A stretch of 64,000 bases of DNA. Source: Candidatus Pampinifervens sinense (GTDB lineage: Bacteria > Aquificota > Aquificia > Aquificales > Aquificaceae). The notes under the pieces are model-generated. The model did not search any database. It was not told the origin of the DNA and saw only the letters and a program-made list of their open reading frames with translations. Positions 1-9,461 of this stretch are shown here, in pieces. A program made the position numbers and the translations under genes. The DNA lies in assembly GCA_037927135.1 (NCBI GenBank), contig JAXSPP010000005.1, positions 82,785-146,784 of the forward strand, read 5' to 3'. Within the stretch, counting starts at the first letter, position 1; each line of letters starts with the position of its first letter.

Positions 1-1
1 T

Positions 2-70
2 GGAAGGCCAGGAATTGTAGTGTATACAGATGTGCCCATATGGGAGGAAGAATTTAATGAAGGTTTATAG
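2..70 (+). CDS. Possible 3' end of a gene truncated by the window edge (GRPGIVVYTDVPIWEEEFNEGL*)
   Basis: Open frame from nt 2 to TAG at 68-70, overlapping the next start; too short to identify. Confidence 0.3.
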   Translation, partial: GRPGIVVYTDVPIWEEEFNEGL

Positions 71-485
71 GCTATGGCTGTTATCTCTATTTTTTACAGC
101 TGGATGCCAATTCTTGCCATGGAACAATCCTTGCTCTTCTGATCATGCTTTAAAAGAGGTAAAAAAAGGATTGGCTATACAGATATATTTAGAAAACAAT
201 CCAGAAAAGGTACTTACCCATTTCTTTATATCCATGCTTTCGGTCTTTAGCGGACAGAATAATATAGAAAAAGCCTTTGAAGGTGAAATAGAACCAATAG
301 TTAAAAAGCTTGAGTTAAAAGATGTGAGTAAGCCTACAAAGAAGTCAGAAAAAGAGTATATGTGTAGTGCAGTCTTTGAGTATGAAGGACAAAAAAGAGT
401 GGTAGAGTATGCAGTAAAGGAAATTCATTCTGGAAAAGAAAAGCTTTATAAGGTGGAGATAATTGATACTAACAAGGTGGAGTGA
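57..485 (+). CDS. Hypothetical lipoprotein
   Basis: ATG57 preceded by GGAGG; signal peptide MKVYRLWLLSLFFTAG-C with lipobox-like Cys. Confidence 0.65.
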   Translation: MKVYRLWLLSLFFTAGCQFLPWNNPCSSDHALKEVKKGLAIQIYLENNPEKVLTHFFISMLSVFSGQNNIEKAFEGEIEPIVKKLELKDVSKPTKKSEKEYMCSAVFEYEGQKRVVEYAVKEIHSGKEKLYKVEIIDTNKVE

Positions 486-1303
486 TGAATAAGATTGAAC
501 TTTGGAAAAACTTAGTAGAGGCAAGGCTTAGAGAACTTCTAAAACCCTTTGAACCACAGATACTATATGAGGCTATGTCCTATTATCTTTTTCAAGAAGG
601 CAAGCGCATAAGGCCACTCTTTTTGTGCACCGTTTGTAATGCCCTTGGTGGTCCCATAGAGGATGCTGTTACTGTGAGTTGTGCGGTTGAGATGGTGCAT
701 AACTATTCTCTCATCCACGATGACCTTCCTGCCCTTGATAACGATAGCTTCAGAAGGGGAAAACCCTCCTGTCATGTGGTCTTCGGTGAAGATTTGGCCA
801 TACTGGCCGGAGATGCCCTCCTTACCTATGCCTTTGAGGTTTTATCAAGTAAAGAAAACTTTAGGTATTTGGAAGATACTCAACTTCTTTCTTTGATAGG
901 CCTTTTGGCAAAAAAGGCTGGCTTTCTAGGTATGGTGGGGGGCCAAGTTTTGGACATCAGAAAACTCTCAGACCAAAAAGAGATAAGCCTCAAAAAGACT
1001 GCTGAACTTTTTTCTTTTTGCTTTGTTGCCGGTGGGATAGTGGCAAAAAGGTATGACCTTTTGATGGATCTTGAGGACTTAGGCCTTAAGGTAGGCCTCC
1101 TTTTCCAAATGGTGGATGACTACAAAGACAAGGATGGCTTTTATCTATCTTTGGGTGAAAGGCTCTTAGAAAGGATTGAAGATCTTAGAGAGGAGTGTGA
1201 GTCAAAGGCTAAAGATATTGGAGTTTTTGTAGAGGAGTTTGAGAGGTTGCTTGAGCTGGTCGTTGGCGGAGGGGGAGGGATTCGAACCCCCGGTGGGCTG
1301 TGA
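485..1303 (+). CDS. ispA: Polyprenyl synthetase (geranyltranstransferase/FPP synthase)
   Basis: GKRIRP, SLIHDDLPALDND..RRGKP, GMVGGQ, LFQMVDD motifs. Confidence 0.9.
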   Translation: MNKIELWKNLVEARLRELLKPFEPQILYEAMSYYLFQEGKRIRPLFLCTVCNALGGPIEDAVTVSCAVEMVHNYSLIHDDLPALDNDSFRRGKPSCHVVFGEDLAILAGDALLTYAFEVLSSKENFRYLEDTQLLSLIGLLAKKAGFLGMVGGQVLDIRKLSDQKEISLKKTAELFSFCFVAGGIVAKRYDLLMDLEDLGLKVGLLFQMVDDYKDKDGFYLSLGERLLERIEDLREECESKAKDIGVFVEEFERLLELVVGGGGGIRTPGGL

Positions 1304-1354
1304 ACCCACAGGTGATTTCAAATCACCCGCCTTCGGCCGCTCGGCCACCCCTCC
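1264..1354 (-). tRNA. tRNA-Ser(TGA)
   Basis: Acceptor GGAGGGG/CCCCTCC, G73, CCA encoded; anticodon arm GGTGA-TTTGAAA-TCACC; long variable arm; GGTTCGAATCC T-arm. Confidence 0.95.
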
Positions 1355-1380
1355 TACCAACACAATATTATTATAGCTTT

Positions 1381-1857
1381 TTATAACTTTATTTTGCCTT
1401 CCTTCAACTCTCTTCTTAGCTGTCTTTCCAAATCTCTTTGCTTTAGCTCCTCCCTTCTATCGTAGGCCTTCTTTCCTCTTGCCAGTGCTATCTCTACCTT
1501 AGCCTTTCCATTTTTGAAGTAAATCCTCAGAGGTATGATAGTATAACCCTTCTCCTTTACCTTTCCCATAAGCCTCAAAATTTCCCTCTTGTGAAGAAGG
1601 AGCTTCCTTGTCCTCAATGGATCCGGTGGTCTTATAGTGGCGTATTTATAAGGAGCTATGTAGAGGTTATAGAGCCAAGCTTCACCATCCTCAATCCTTA
1701 CAAAGCTGTCTTTGAAGGATACAGTTTGCTTGTTCCTTAGGGCCTTTACCTCAGGCCCTTCAAGGACTATACCAGCTTCATAAGTCTCTATAATCTCATA
1801 ATCCGCCTTCGCTTCTTTATTATAAGCTACCGTGAGCTCTCCAAGTTGCTTTGCCAT
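1381..1857 (-). CDS. smpB: SsrA-binding protein SmpB
   Basis: YEAGIVLEGPEVKALR, RKLLLHKREI, ARGKKAYDRR motifs. Confidence 0.97.
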   Translation of the reverse strand: MAKQLGELTVAYNKEAKADYEIIETYEAGIVLEGPEVKALRNKQTVSFKDSFVRIEDGEAWLYNLYIAPYKYATIRPPDPLRTRKLLLHKREILRLMGKVKEKGYTIIPLRIYFKNGKAKVEIALARGKKAYDRREELKQRDLERQLRRELKEGKIKL

Positions 1858-1861
1858 TCTA

Positions 1862-2341
1862 TTAGTTTAACATAGCCAATATTTGATGTTTGAGTATATG
1901 GGCTGGCTTGTAGTCTGGAGCTAGCCTTATGGCGTTTTCTATTTCCAATAGAGCGTCTTTAAACATGCCCTTCATAAGGTAGACCTTGGCCAGGTTCATA
2001 TGAGGATAGTGCCTAGGCTCATACCTTTTGGCCGATATGGCTCTTTTGAGCCAAGGAATGGCTTCATCCAACCTTCCCAAAGCTATAAGATAGGACCCTA
2101 TGTCGTTGTAGGGATTTCCAAACTCTGGGTCTATCTCTATGGCCTTAAGGCAAAGCTCTATGGCCTTTTCAAAATCTCCGAGCATGCTGTAAGCCCATCC
2201 CATGTATGTATAGGCCTCTGCTGTAGGCTGTATCTCTATAGACTGCTGATAGAGTTCAATGGCCTTTTTATAGTTGCCAGACATATGCTCCTTTAGAGCC
2301 TTCTCTAAAAGTTCCTTTGCATCCTTCCTTATGTCCCGCAT
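1862..2341 (-). CDS. Tetratricopeptide repeat protein
   Basis: Repeated TPR patterns (AYTYMGWAY..G..KAI; PYNDIG; HMNLAKVY). Confidence 0.85.
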   Translation of the reverse strand: MRDIRKDAKELLEKALKEHMSGNYKKAIELYQQSIEIQPTAEAYTYMGWAYSMLGDFEKAIELCLKAIEIDPEFGNPYNDIGSYLIALGRLDEAIPWLKRAISAKRYEPRHYPHMNLAKVYLMKGMFKDALLEIENAIRLAPDYKPAHILKHQILAMLN

Positions 2342-2396
2342 ATATTTAAATTTATTCCTATCAAAAAACCTTACAATGGTATGCTAAATTGTAGCC

Positions 2397-3191
2397 TCAC
2401 TCCCATTCCTTCTCTTTTAAGGAGTTTTCTAAACTCCTAGGAATCTCTGCCTTTATGCCGAAGAGGATCTTAAACTGTAAAGCATTAAGCACAGCTTTTG
2501 CCCTAACCGTGTTATTAAAGAACACATACGTATCCTTATCTCCCTCAAGCTTTTTGATCTTATCCCTTATCTTTTTGAGCTCTTCCAAGGAGTAAAGGTA
2601 GTCATGAGGTCTTTCTGGATCCTTTCCATGCAATCTAATATAGTTTATAGTTCCTACACTCACCCATGGCCCTATTAGAAATTTGCTACCTTTAGGCGCA
2701 TCTGTGTTTACCAAAGAAAAGCCTAACTCCTCCAACATTTGATAGAAATCCACCTTTTTAAAGCTCCTATTTCTCACCTCTATCACCCTCGGTATCTCAC
2801 TAAAGTCTTTAGAGAGCTTACGAAGGTATTCAAGATTCTCTTCTTTATAGCCAAAGCTTTCTGGAAACTGGAAGAGTAAGGCTATAAACCTGTCCTCTTC
2901 AAGGACAGGCTCAATGCTATACAAGAATTTCTTCACATCCTCTTGCGTATATGTTCTTATATGGGTGAATATTCTATAGGCTTTAAAGGCAAACCTTAAG
3001 GTGGAAGTTCTTGACAACATGCTTTTAATATTTCCTCTGTTTGGTATGTTATAAAAGGAAGAGTTTATCTCTACAACTTCAAAGTATTTGGAGTAGAATC
3101 TGATGTAATCTTCCCTTTTTAGAAGTGGGGGGTAAAAGCCCCCCACCCAGTCTCTGTAAAAGAAGCCACTACATCCTACATAGACCTTCAA
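2397..3191 (-). CDS. DUF72 (YecE-like) protein
   Basis: [40 protein letters not shown]. Confidence 0.9.
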   Translation of the reverse strand: MKVYVGCSGFFYRDWVGGFYPPLLKREDYIRFYSKYFEVVEINSSFYNIPNRGNIKSMLSRTSTLRFAFKAYRIFTHIRTYTQEDVKKFLYSIEPVLEEDRFIALLFQFPESFGYKEENLEYLRKLSKDFSEIPRVIEVRNRSFKKVDFYQMLEELGFSLVNTDAPKGSKFLIGPWVSVGTINYIRLHGKDPERPHDYLYSLEELKKIRDKIKKLEGDKDTYVFFNNTVRAKAVLNALQFKILFGIKAEIPRSLENSLKEKEWE

Positions 3192-4696
3192 GGTATAAAC
3201 TTGGACTTAAAGTCCTTCAAGGCTTGATCTATCTTAGCCTTAAGTTCATCATCAAGGGCTTTTTTCTCCTTTATTTCCTTCAAGATGTCAGGTCTTTCCC
3301 TGTCAAGGTAGGCATAAAGTTCTTTTTCAAACTTTCTTACAGCCTCCACAGGAAGGTCATCTAGGTATCCGTTAGTTCCAGCGTATATAGCTACTATTTG
3401 CTTTTCCACAGGTATAGGATTGTAAGGCTCTTGCTTTAGGAGCTCTACAAGCCTTAGACCCCTGTTTATAACTTGTTGCGTAGCCTTATCTAGCTCTGAA
3501 GCGAACTGAACAAAGGCCTCAAGCTCTCTAAACTGGGCCAAATCTAACCTCAAACTTCCAGCCACTTGCTTCATAGCCTTTATCTGAGCTGCACCACCAA
3601 CCCTTGAAACGGAAAGTCCAACGTTTATAGCTGGCCTTATGCCTTTGTTGAAGAGATCTGGCTCAAGATAGATCTGGCCGTCGGTTATGGATATGACGTT
3701 GGTGGGAATGTAAGCCGCCACGTCTCCAGCCTTTGTCTCTATAATTGGCAAGGCTGTAAGGGATCCAGCACCAAGTTCATCGTTTAGCTTTGCAGCACGC
3801 TCCAAAAGCCTTGAGTGAAGATAGAAAACGTCTCCTGGGTATGCTTCCCTACCTGGTGGCCTTCTCATAAGCAAAGAGAGCTGTCTGTAAGCTTCCGCAT
3901 GCTTAGAAAGGTCATCGTAGATGATTAGCGCATGCTTTCCGTTATCTCTGAAGTATTCACCTATGGTGCATCCTACAAAGGGCGCAAGGTATTGCAAGGA
4001 AGCTGGATCCGTTGCAGATGCTACCACAACGCACGTATACTCCATAGCACCGCTCTTTTCAAGAAGCTCTATAATTCTAGCCGTTGTTGACCTCTTTTGT
4101 CCTATTGCCACATAGATACAATAGACGTCTGTGTCCTTCTGGTTTAATATGGTGTCTATACATATGGTTGTCTTTCCTGTAGATCTATCACCTATGATCA
4201 GCTCACGCTGACCCCTCCCTATAGGAATCATAGCATCTATGGCTTTTATACCCGTTTGAAGGGGCTCATGCACAGACTTCCTCTTTACAACACCCGGCGC
4301 TATCTTCTCTACAGGAGACCTGTATTCATACTTTATGGGACCCTTACCATCCAGAGGATTTCCTAAAGGATCTATCACCCTTCCTATAAGACCCTCTCCC
4401 ACCGGTGCATCCAATATTCTTCCCGTCCTTTTCACTATAGAACCTTCCCTTATTCCCGTTTCACGACCAAGGATTATGATACCTACATTATCCTCCTCTA
4501 GGTTGAAGGCAAGGCCCATAGTACCGTCCTCAAACTCCACAAGCTCGTTGGCCATCACATTGTCAAGGCCGTAGGCCCTTGCCACACCATCACCAACATA
4601 GTAGACCACACCCACCTCTTCCATCTTAGCGGAGGCTTCAAACCCCTTTATCTGCTCCCTTAAAAGCTGCAAGGCCTCCTCGTAGGTTATAGCCAT
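3188..4696 (-). CDS. atpA: F0F1 ATP synthase subunit alpha
   Basis: [50 protein letters not shown]. Confidence 0.99.
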   Translation of the reverse strand: MAITYEEALQLLREQIKGFEASAKMEEVGVVYYVGDGVARAYGLDNVMANELVEFEDGTMGLAFNLEEDNVGIIILGRETGIREGSIVKRTGRILDAPVGEGLIGRVIDPLGNPLDGKGPIKYEYRSPVEKIAPGVVKRKSVHEPLQTGIKAIDAMIPIGRGQRELIIGDRSTGKTTICIDTILNQKDTDVYCIYVAIGQKRSTTARIIELLEKSGAMEYTCVVVASATDPASLQYLAPFVGCTIGEYFRDNGKHALIIYDDLSKHAEAYRQLSLLMRRPPGREAYPGDVFYLHSRLLERAAKLNDELGAGSLTALPIIETKAGDVAAYIPTNVISITDGQIYLEPDLFNKGIRPAINVGLSVSRVGGAAQIKAMKQVAGSLRLDLAQFRELEAFVQFASELDKATQQVINRGLRLVELLKQEPYNPIPVEKQIVAIYAGTNGYLDDLPVEAVRKFEKELYAYLDRERPDILKEIKEKKALDDELKAKIDQALKDFKSKFIP

Positions 4697-4707
4697 AATA
4701 AACCTCC

Positions 4708-5211
4708 TTAAGGTTTTGGTAATATTTTAATACAATCTTCGCAGAAGAACCTGCCCTTGTTATCCACTTCCCATAAGCTGTTGGAAAAGTTCATAACACA
4801 GCCTGGATTTTTGCAATGTGTGAGTCCAAAGGTATGTCCAAGCTCATGGTTTACCTCTTTTAACACCCTACTGAAGTAGATATTCTCCCTTTTATCGTAA
4901 AGCCTGTATGTGCTGACTAAGGCATACCTTCCACCTAGCTGTGCCAGACCGAAGACAAAGTTCAAACCCTCCTCATAAAGGTCAAAAGGAAAGATAGCTA
5001 TAAGCTTTAGCATATCTGGATAGTATACCCTTGATATATACTCTAAAAGGGCCTGTGCCTTGTATTGCCTTCTATAGGGGTTGTAGCCAAGGGAAGGTGG
5101 AAGGGCCACATGACAAAATCTCACTTCAAAGTGAAAGACCTCCTTTACATTTTTTGCAACGGCTAAAAGAAGCCTTTTTTCTATAGAAAACCCCGCTATG
5201 TATATGTACAT
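4708..5211 (-). CDS. Archaemetzincin (peptidase M54) family Zn metalloprotease
   Basis: [18 protein letters not shown]...VD.K..FC..C motif; LNFVFGLA. Confidence 0.9.
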   Translation of the reverse strand: MYIYIAGFSIEKRLLLAVAKNVKEVFHFEVRFCHVALPPSLGYNPYRRQYKAQALLEYISRVYYPDMLKLIAIFPFDLYEEGLNFVFGLAQLGGRYALVSTYRLYDKRENIYFSRVLKEVNHELGHTFGLTHCKNPGCVMNFSNSLWEVDNKGRFFCEDCIKILPKP

Positions 5212-6188
5212 CAATATCTGCTCCTCAAGCTTCTATACTCCTGAACCTTTCTGTTGTGCTCTTTAAGGTCCTTGCTAAAATGGTGTCCTCCAAAGCCATC
5301 GGCTACAAAGTAAAGATAATCTACCTTAGCAGGTTCAAGGGCAGCTTTTAGAGATTCTAGGCCTGGATTGCATATGGGGGATGGTGGAAGGCCAAAGTAA
5401 TAGTATGTGTTGTATGGATCATCAATGCTTAAGTCTCTTAGGCTTAGCCTACCGTCCCACAAGCCTCTCCTCTTCAAAGCGTATATGACAGTAGGATCTA
5501 TTTGAAGCTTCATACCTTTCTTTATCCTATTGTAAATAACCGCAGCCACGAGAGGTCTTTCTTCTGGCCTTGAAGTCTCCTTCTCTATCATAGATGCTAT
5601 AGCTACCCATTCCTCAAGGGTAAGGTTTTTCTCATCCAGCCTTTCTCTAAGCTCCTTCGTCCTTCTTAAAAAGTTTTTATGCATAACATCTATTACCCTT
5701 AGGGGATGGGTGTTCTTTGAGAAGAAGTAAGTGTCTGGAAATAGAAAGCCTTCCATTGTGTGGGTCTTTAGACCATATTTCTTTGCCACCTCTTCAGAGT
5801 TGGCATACCTTAGAAAATCTTCAGAAGAACATATGAGATTTTCTTCAAGGATCCTAGCAATATCATAGATATCCGAGCCTTCCGGTATGGTGATCTTGTA
5901 TAACTTTTTAAGACCTTTGCTTATCTTTTCATAAACATCCCAAGGGAAGACTAAACCTTCAAATTCATACTCTCCAGCCTCAAGCTTTCCCTTTTTTAAG
6001 CTATGGATAAAAAGAAAAGAAAGGGGATTTCTTATAAGACCTTCTTCATATAGAGTGAAAGAGATTTCTAAAGTGGATGTTCCATAAGCAATCTCTACAG
6101 TCTTCCTCTCTACCTTTACAGGTGAGAAGGAGTAAGCTATAAGCGAAAAAAGAATAGTCAATAAAAAGGCTAATCTAAGCCTCCTCAT
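5211..6188 (-). CDS. mltG: Endolytic transglycosylase MltG (YceG)
   Basis: TIPEG, EGFLFPDTY, ASMIEKE, LQIDPT, PYNTY..GLPP.PI.NPG. Confidence 0.95.
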   Translation of the reverse strand: MRRLRLAFLLTILFSLIAYSFSPVKVERKTVEIAYGTSTLEISFTLYEEGLIRNPLSFLFIHSLKKGKLEAGEYEFEGLVFPWDVYEKISKGLKKLYKITIPEGSDIYDIARILEENLICSSEDFLRYANSEEVAKKYGLKTHTMEGFLFPDTYFFSKNTHPLRVIDVMHKNFLRRTKELRERLDEKNLTLEEWVAIASMIEKETSRPEERPLVAAVIYNRIKKGMKLQIDPTVIYALKRRGLWDGRLSLRDLSIDDPYNTYYYFGLPPSPICNPGLESLKAALEPAKVDYLYFVADGFGGHHFSKDLKEHNRKVQEYRSLRSRY

Positions 6189-6589
6189 AAGCTCTCCAGA
6201 TATTCCAAAAGTATAGCATAAGCAGAAAGACTATCCTTTAGCTCCTTCTTCTTCCTCCAGCTTAACCCCTCCATTATACTATAGGCTTCTAGCGTAGTGT
6301 ATCTCTCATCCCATAGCTTTATCTCCACATCCTCAGGCAGGTGTTTCCTTAAAGCTTCATAAAAGCTTTTTACTTCCTTGACCCTCTCCCCTTCCCTTCC
6401 GGAAGGTGTCAATGGAAGACCTAAAAGGATTATAGAGATCCCCTGTTCTCTTACCTTCTTTGATATCTCCTCAAATACCTTATTCTCCTTGTTTTCAATA
6501 CTACCTATAGGTACGGCTATCTTTAGGTTGGTATCTCCAAGGGCTAGGCCTATACGCCTTTTACCATAATCAATGGCCAGTACTTTCAA
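6185..6589 (-). CDS. ruvX: YqgF/RuvX family nuclease
   Basis: LAIDYGKRRIGLA, GLP, WDERYTT, DSLSA. Confidence 0.95.
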   Translation of the reverse strand: MKVLAIDYGKRRIGLALGDTNLKIAVPIGSIENKENKVFEEISKKVREQGISIILLGLPLTPSGREGERVKEVKSFYEALRKHLPEDVEIKLWDERYTTLEAYSIMEGLSWRKKKELKDSLSAYAILLEYLESL

Positions 6590-6771
6590 CCCGTTTTTAT
6601 ACCCACCACCTTATAGAGTGGGCAAAAGCCTATGACGGAAGTGCCTATAAAGATTATCCCAAGTATACCCAGTATCCACCAAGCACCACCCTTTGTAATG
6701 GCTAGCCAGAGGAAGATAATACCTAACACTATCCTTATTGCCCTGTCCCACATTGCCATGTTCTTTTCCAT
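6586..6771 (-). CDS. DUF2892 (YgaP-like) small membrane protein
   Basis: KNM..DRAIR, two TM helices, GFCPLY..GI.T; AAGGAGG SD. Confidence 0.9.
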   Translation of the reverse strand: MEKNMAMWDRAIRIVLGIIFLWLAITKGGAWWILGILGIIFIGTSVIGFCPLYKVVGIKTG

Positions 6772-6801
6772 AGCCTCACCTCCTTAATAAAATAATAAAG
6801 C

Positions 6802-7557
6802 ATGAGATCTGTCATTGCAATGCTTACAGATTTTGGAACAAAAGATGGCTTTGTGGGTGCAATGAAGGGTGTCATACTTACCATAAACCACGAGGCAAAG
6901 ATAGTTGACATAAGCCATGAGGTGGAGCCTTTTAACATCTTACATGGTGCACTTCTTTTAAGGGCTCACTTCTCCTTCTTTCCAAAAGGTACAATCTTCC
7001 TGGGTGTGGTGGATCCTGGCGTAGGCTCCCAAAGGCTTCCCATAGTGGTAAAAACCAAGGAATATATCTTTGTAGGGCCATACAACGGCCTCTTTGACCT
7101 TGCCATAAGGGAGATAGATGGACCAATAGAAGCCTATAGGATTGAAAGGTATACCTTACCGCGTATAAGTCAGACTTTTCATGGTAGAGATGTTTTTGCT
7201 TCTGTAGCTGGCCATCTTAGCATGGGTATAGACCCAAAGGATGTGGGAAGCGCCATAGAGTATAAGCCAATTTTAAAGTGGGAAGATCCGGAGAAAGAGG
7301 GAGATATTATAAAGGGTAAAGTGGTATACTTTGATCGTTTCGGCAATTGTATAACGAATATACCCTGTGGCCATTATAAGGATGGCCTATTTAGGGGAAA
7401 GAAACTAAGGATATACTCTTACTATCTTGAAGCCAAGGAAGGTGAGCTATCGCTCATATGCGGTAGCTTTGGATTTATGGAACTTTTCATCCCTATGGAG
7501 AATGCCAAAGAAAGATTAGGTATAAGGCTAGGAGAAGAAGTGTGCGTAAGATGTTGA
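6802..7557 (+). CDS. SAM hydroxide adenosyltransferase (DUF62; chlorinase/fluorinase family)
   Basis: LTDFG..DGFVGAMKGVI, VVDPGVG, TFHGRDVF, DRFGN..TN. Confidence 0.92.
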   Translation: MRSVIAMLTDFGTKDGFVGAMKGVILTINHEAKIVDISHEVEPFNILHGALLLRAHFSFFPKGTIFLGVVDPGVGSQRLPIVVKTKEYIFVGPYNGLFDLAIREIDGPIEAYRIERYTLPRISQTFHGRDVFASVAGHLSMGIDPKDVGSAIEYKPILKWEDPEKEGDIIKGKVVYFDRFGNCITNIPCGHYKDGLFRGKKLRIYSYYLEAKEGELSLICGSFGFMELFIPMENAKERLGIRLGEEVCVRC

Positions 7558-7581
7558 AAAAGAACTTAGAATTTCCGATAA
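7555..7581 (+). promoter_or_regulatory. Sigma28 (FliA)-type promoter of flgM
   Basis: TGAA-N15-TCCGATAA versus consensus TAAA-N15-GCCGATAA; 7 nt upstream of ATG7589. Confidence 0.65.
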
Positions 7582-7588
7582 TATAGTT

Positions 7589-7846
7589 ATGATTGATAGG
7601 GTAGAGATTCAAAGGATATTAAGCAACCTGTTTGAAAGGGAGGAGAAGGTCAAACAGAGAGCATACAGAAGGGAAGAGGGTGTAAAGGTAGAGGTTCAAA
7701 AGGAGCTTACAGAAGTTCACAAGGTAGATTATGAGGACATAAACAAAAAGGTGGAAAGGATAAGGGAGATGTTGGAAAAGGGTGTCTATGATGTGTCTCC
7801 TGAAAAGATTCTTATAGGTCTTGAAAAGTATCTGCTCTCTAAATAG
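7589..7846 (+). CDS. flgM: Anti-sigma-28 factor FlgM
   Basis: C-terminal KKVERIREMLEKGVYDVSPEKI matches FlgM H3-H4; resembles Aquifex FlgM; sigma28 promoter upstream. Confidence 0.8.
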   Translation: MIDRVEIQRILSNLFEREEKVKQRAYRREEGVKVEVQKELTEVHKVDYEDINKKVERIREMLEKGVYDVSPEKILIGLEKYLLSK

Positions 7847-8591
7847 CCTCTAGTAGCTCTTTGGTGTATGGATGCTGTGGGTTGTCAAATATCTTTAGAA
7901 CATCCCCTTCTTCTACAATCTGACCATCCTTTAACACTATTACCCTATCTGCTACTTCTGCAACTACACCAAAGTCATGGGTTACAAGAATAACGCTTTT
8001 CCCCTCTTCCTTCATATCCCTAAACAGCTTCAATATCCTGCTCTGTATTGACACATCCAAAGCGGTTGTTGGCTCATCCGCCAAAACTATTTCAGGATTA
8101 CACACGGTGGCTATGGCGATGCATACCCTCTGTTTTAGACCGCCGGAAAGATGGTGGCTATAGCTATTGTATACCCGTTCCGCATCTTGTATGCCAGCCT
8201 TCCTTAAAGCCCGCAGGGCTATCTCTTTTAGCTCCTTACCCTTGACGTTAAAGTGTGCCCTGTAGGCTTCCTCTATTTGCGTGCCTATCTTAAAAAGGGG
8301 GTCCAAGTAAGCTGAAGGCTCTTGAAAAACCATAGAGATATGCCTTCCTCTTATCCTTCTGAACTCACCCTCTGATAGGCCTACAAGCTCCTTTCCCCTG
8401 TATTTTATTGATCCAGTAATCCTCGCATTCTCTGGCAGTAGACCAAGTATAGCATGAAGTATGGAGCTCTTACCAGATCCAGACTCACCAACTATGCACA
8501 ACACCTCACCCTCTTTTAGATAAAAGCTTATATCCTTTAGCACATGCCTGCTGTCATACCACAGGTTAAGGTTCTTCACTTCTAGTAGCAT
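7839..8591 (-). CDS. ABC transporter ATP-binding protein (DppD/OppD-like)
   Basis: GESGSGKS, MVFQEP, LSGGLKQRV, ADEPTTALD, HPYTKELL. Confidence 0.92.
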   Translation of the reverse strand: MLLEVKNLNLWYDSRHVLKDISFYLKEGEVLCIVGESGSGKSSILHAILGLLPENARITGSIKYRGKELVGLSEGEFRRIRGRHISMVFQEPSAYLDPLFKIGTQIEEAYRAHFNVKGKELKEIALRALRKAGIQDAERVYNSYSHHLSGGLKQRVCIAIATVCNPEIVLADEPTTALDVSIQSRILKLFRDMKEEGKSVILVTHDFGVVAEVADRVIVLKDGQIVEEGDVLKIFDNPQHPYTKELLEAI

Positions 8592-9082
8592 ATGAATTTA
8601 TCAAAAACGGGCTTCATCCTATCGTAAAGTTCATAAAGGTCTTGAGATATTACTTTGGTATCCGCCAGAGTGCCCATAAAGTTCGTATCGCCGAACCATC
8701 TTGGAACAAGGTGGAGGTGTATATGTCCTTCCAAGCCAGCTCCAGCAGCCCTTCCAAAGTTATACCCCATGTTAACGCCATGAGGCCTCATAACTTCTCT
8801 TATAGTAAGCAGGCACACCTTGGTAAGTTTGTGTATCTCCATAAGGGTCTCATCGTCCACAGAAAGGTAATCTCCTACATGTTCTATTGGTGCTATCATG
8901 AGATGTCCAGGGTTGTATGGATATTTGTTGAATATAACGAAGGCCCTTTTGCCCCTATACAGGACAAGATATTCTCTTAGCTTCTCTTCTGGCTGGCTTG
9001 CCGCTACACACAAAAAGCATTCACTTTGCTGATCCACCTTTTCCACATATTGACTCCTCCAAGGTGCCCATAGCAACCTCAT
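8582..9082 (-). CDS. HIT family hydrolase (Ap4A phosphorylase-like)
   Basis: LWAPWR, NKYPYNPGHLM, AGAG..HIHLHLVPRW.GD.NF. Confidence 0.9.
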   Translation of the reverse strand: MRLLWAPWRSQYVEKVDQQSECFLCVAASQPEEKLREYLVLYRGKRAFVIFNKYPYNPGHLMIAPIEHVGDYLSVDDETLMEIHKLTKVCLLTIREVMRPHGVNMGYNFGRAAGAGLEGHIHLHLVPRWFGDTNFMGTLADTKVISQDLYELYDRMKPVFDKFICY

Positions 9083-9408
9083 AACCTTAACAACCTCCTT
9101 ATAGCCCTCTCTACTTCCTCTTCAGAGGGCATATAATCGTGCCTCTCTAGTTCCATGGTGTCTCTAAAGTAAAGGATTGTCGGAAAGCTAAAGACTCCTA
9201 AGTCTTCCGCGCTTGTATTCTTGCTCACATCAAGCCAGTAGAAGTTTACCTTATCACCGTAAAGCCTTTGGTATTTGAGAAGGAGGTTGTAGAATGCCTC
9301 GTTTTGTGGATTGTCCGGTGTAGTAAGTAAGACTACAGCAGGCTTCTCTCCAGCCATAGCCTTATCATAAAAATCTTTATCTTGAAGCTCTTCAAACCCT
9401 TCAAACAT
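9079..9408 (-). CDS. Thioredoxin-fold protein lacking CxxC
   Basis: Trx-like size and pattern (LGVFSFPTILYFRD, cis-Pro loop); no Cys; AAGGAGG SD. Confidence 0.7.
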   Translation of the reverse strand: MFEGFEELQDKDFYDKAMAGEKPAVVLLTTPDNPQNEAFYNLLLKYQRLYGDKVNFYWLDVSKNTSAEDLGVFSFPTILYFRDTMELERHDYMPSEEEVERAIRRLLRL

Positions 9409-9461
9409 GCCTACCTCCTTGCCTAAAATTATATTACCTCTTTTGCTTTAATATTATTCTT

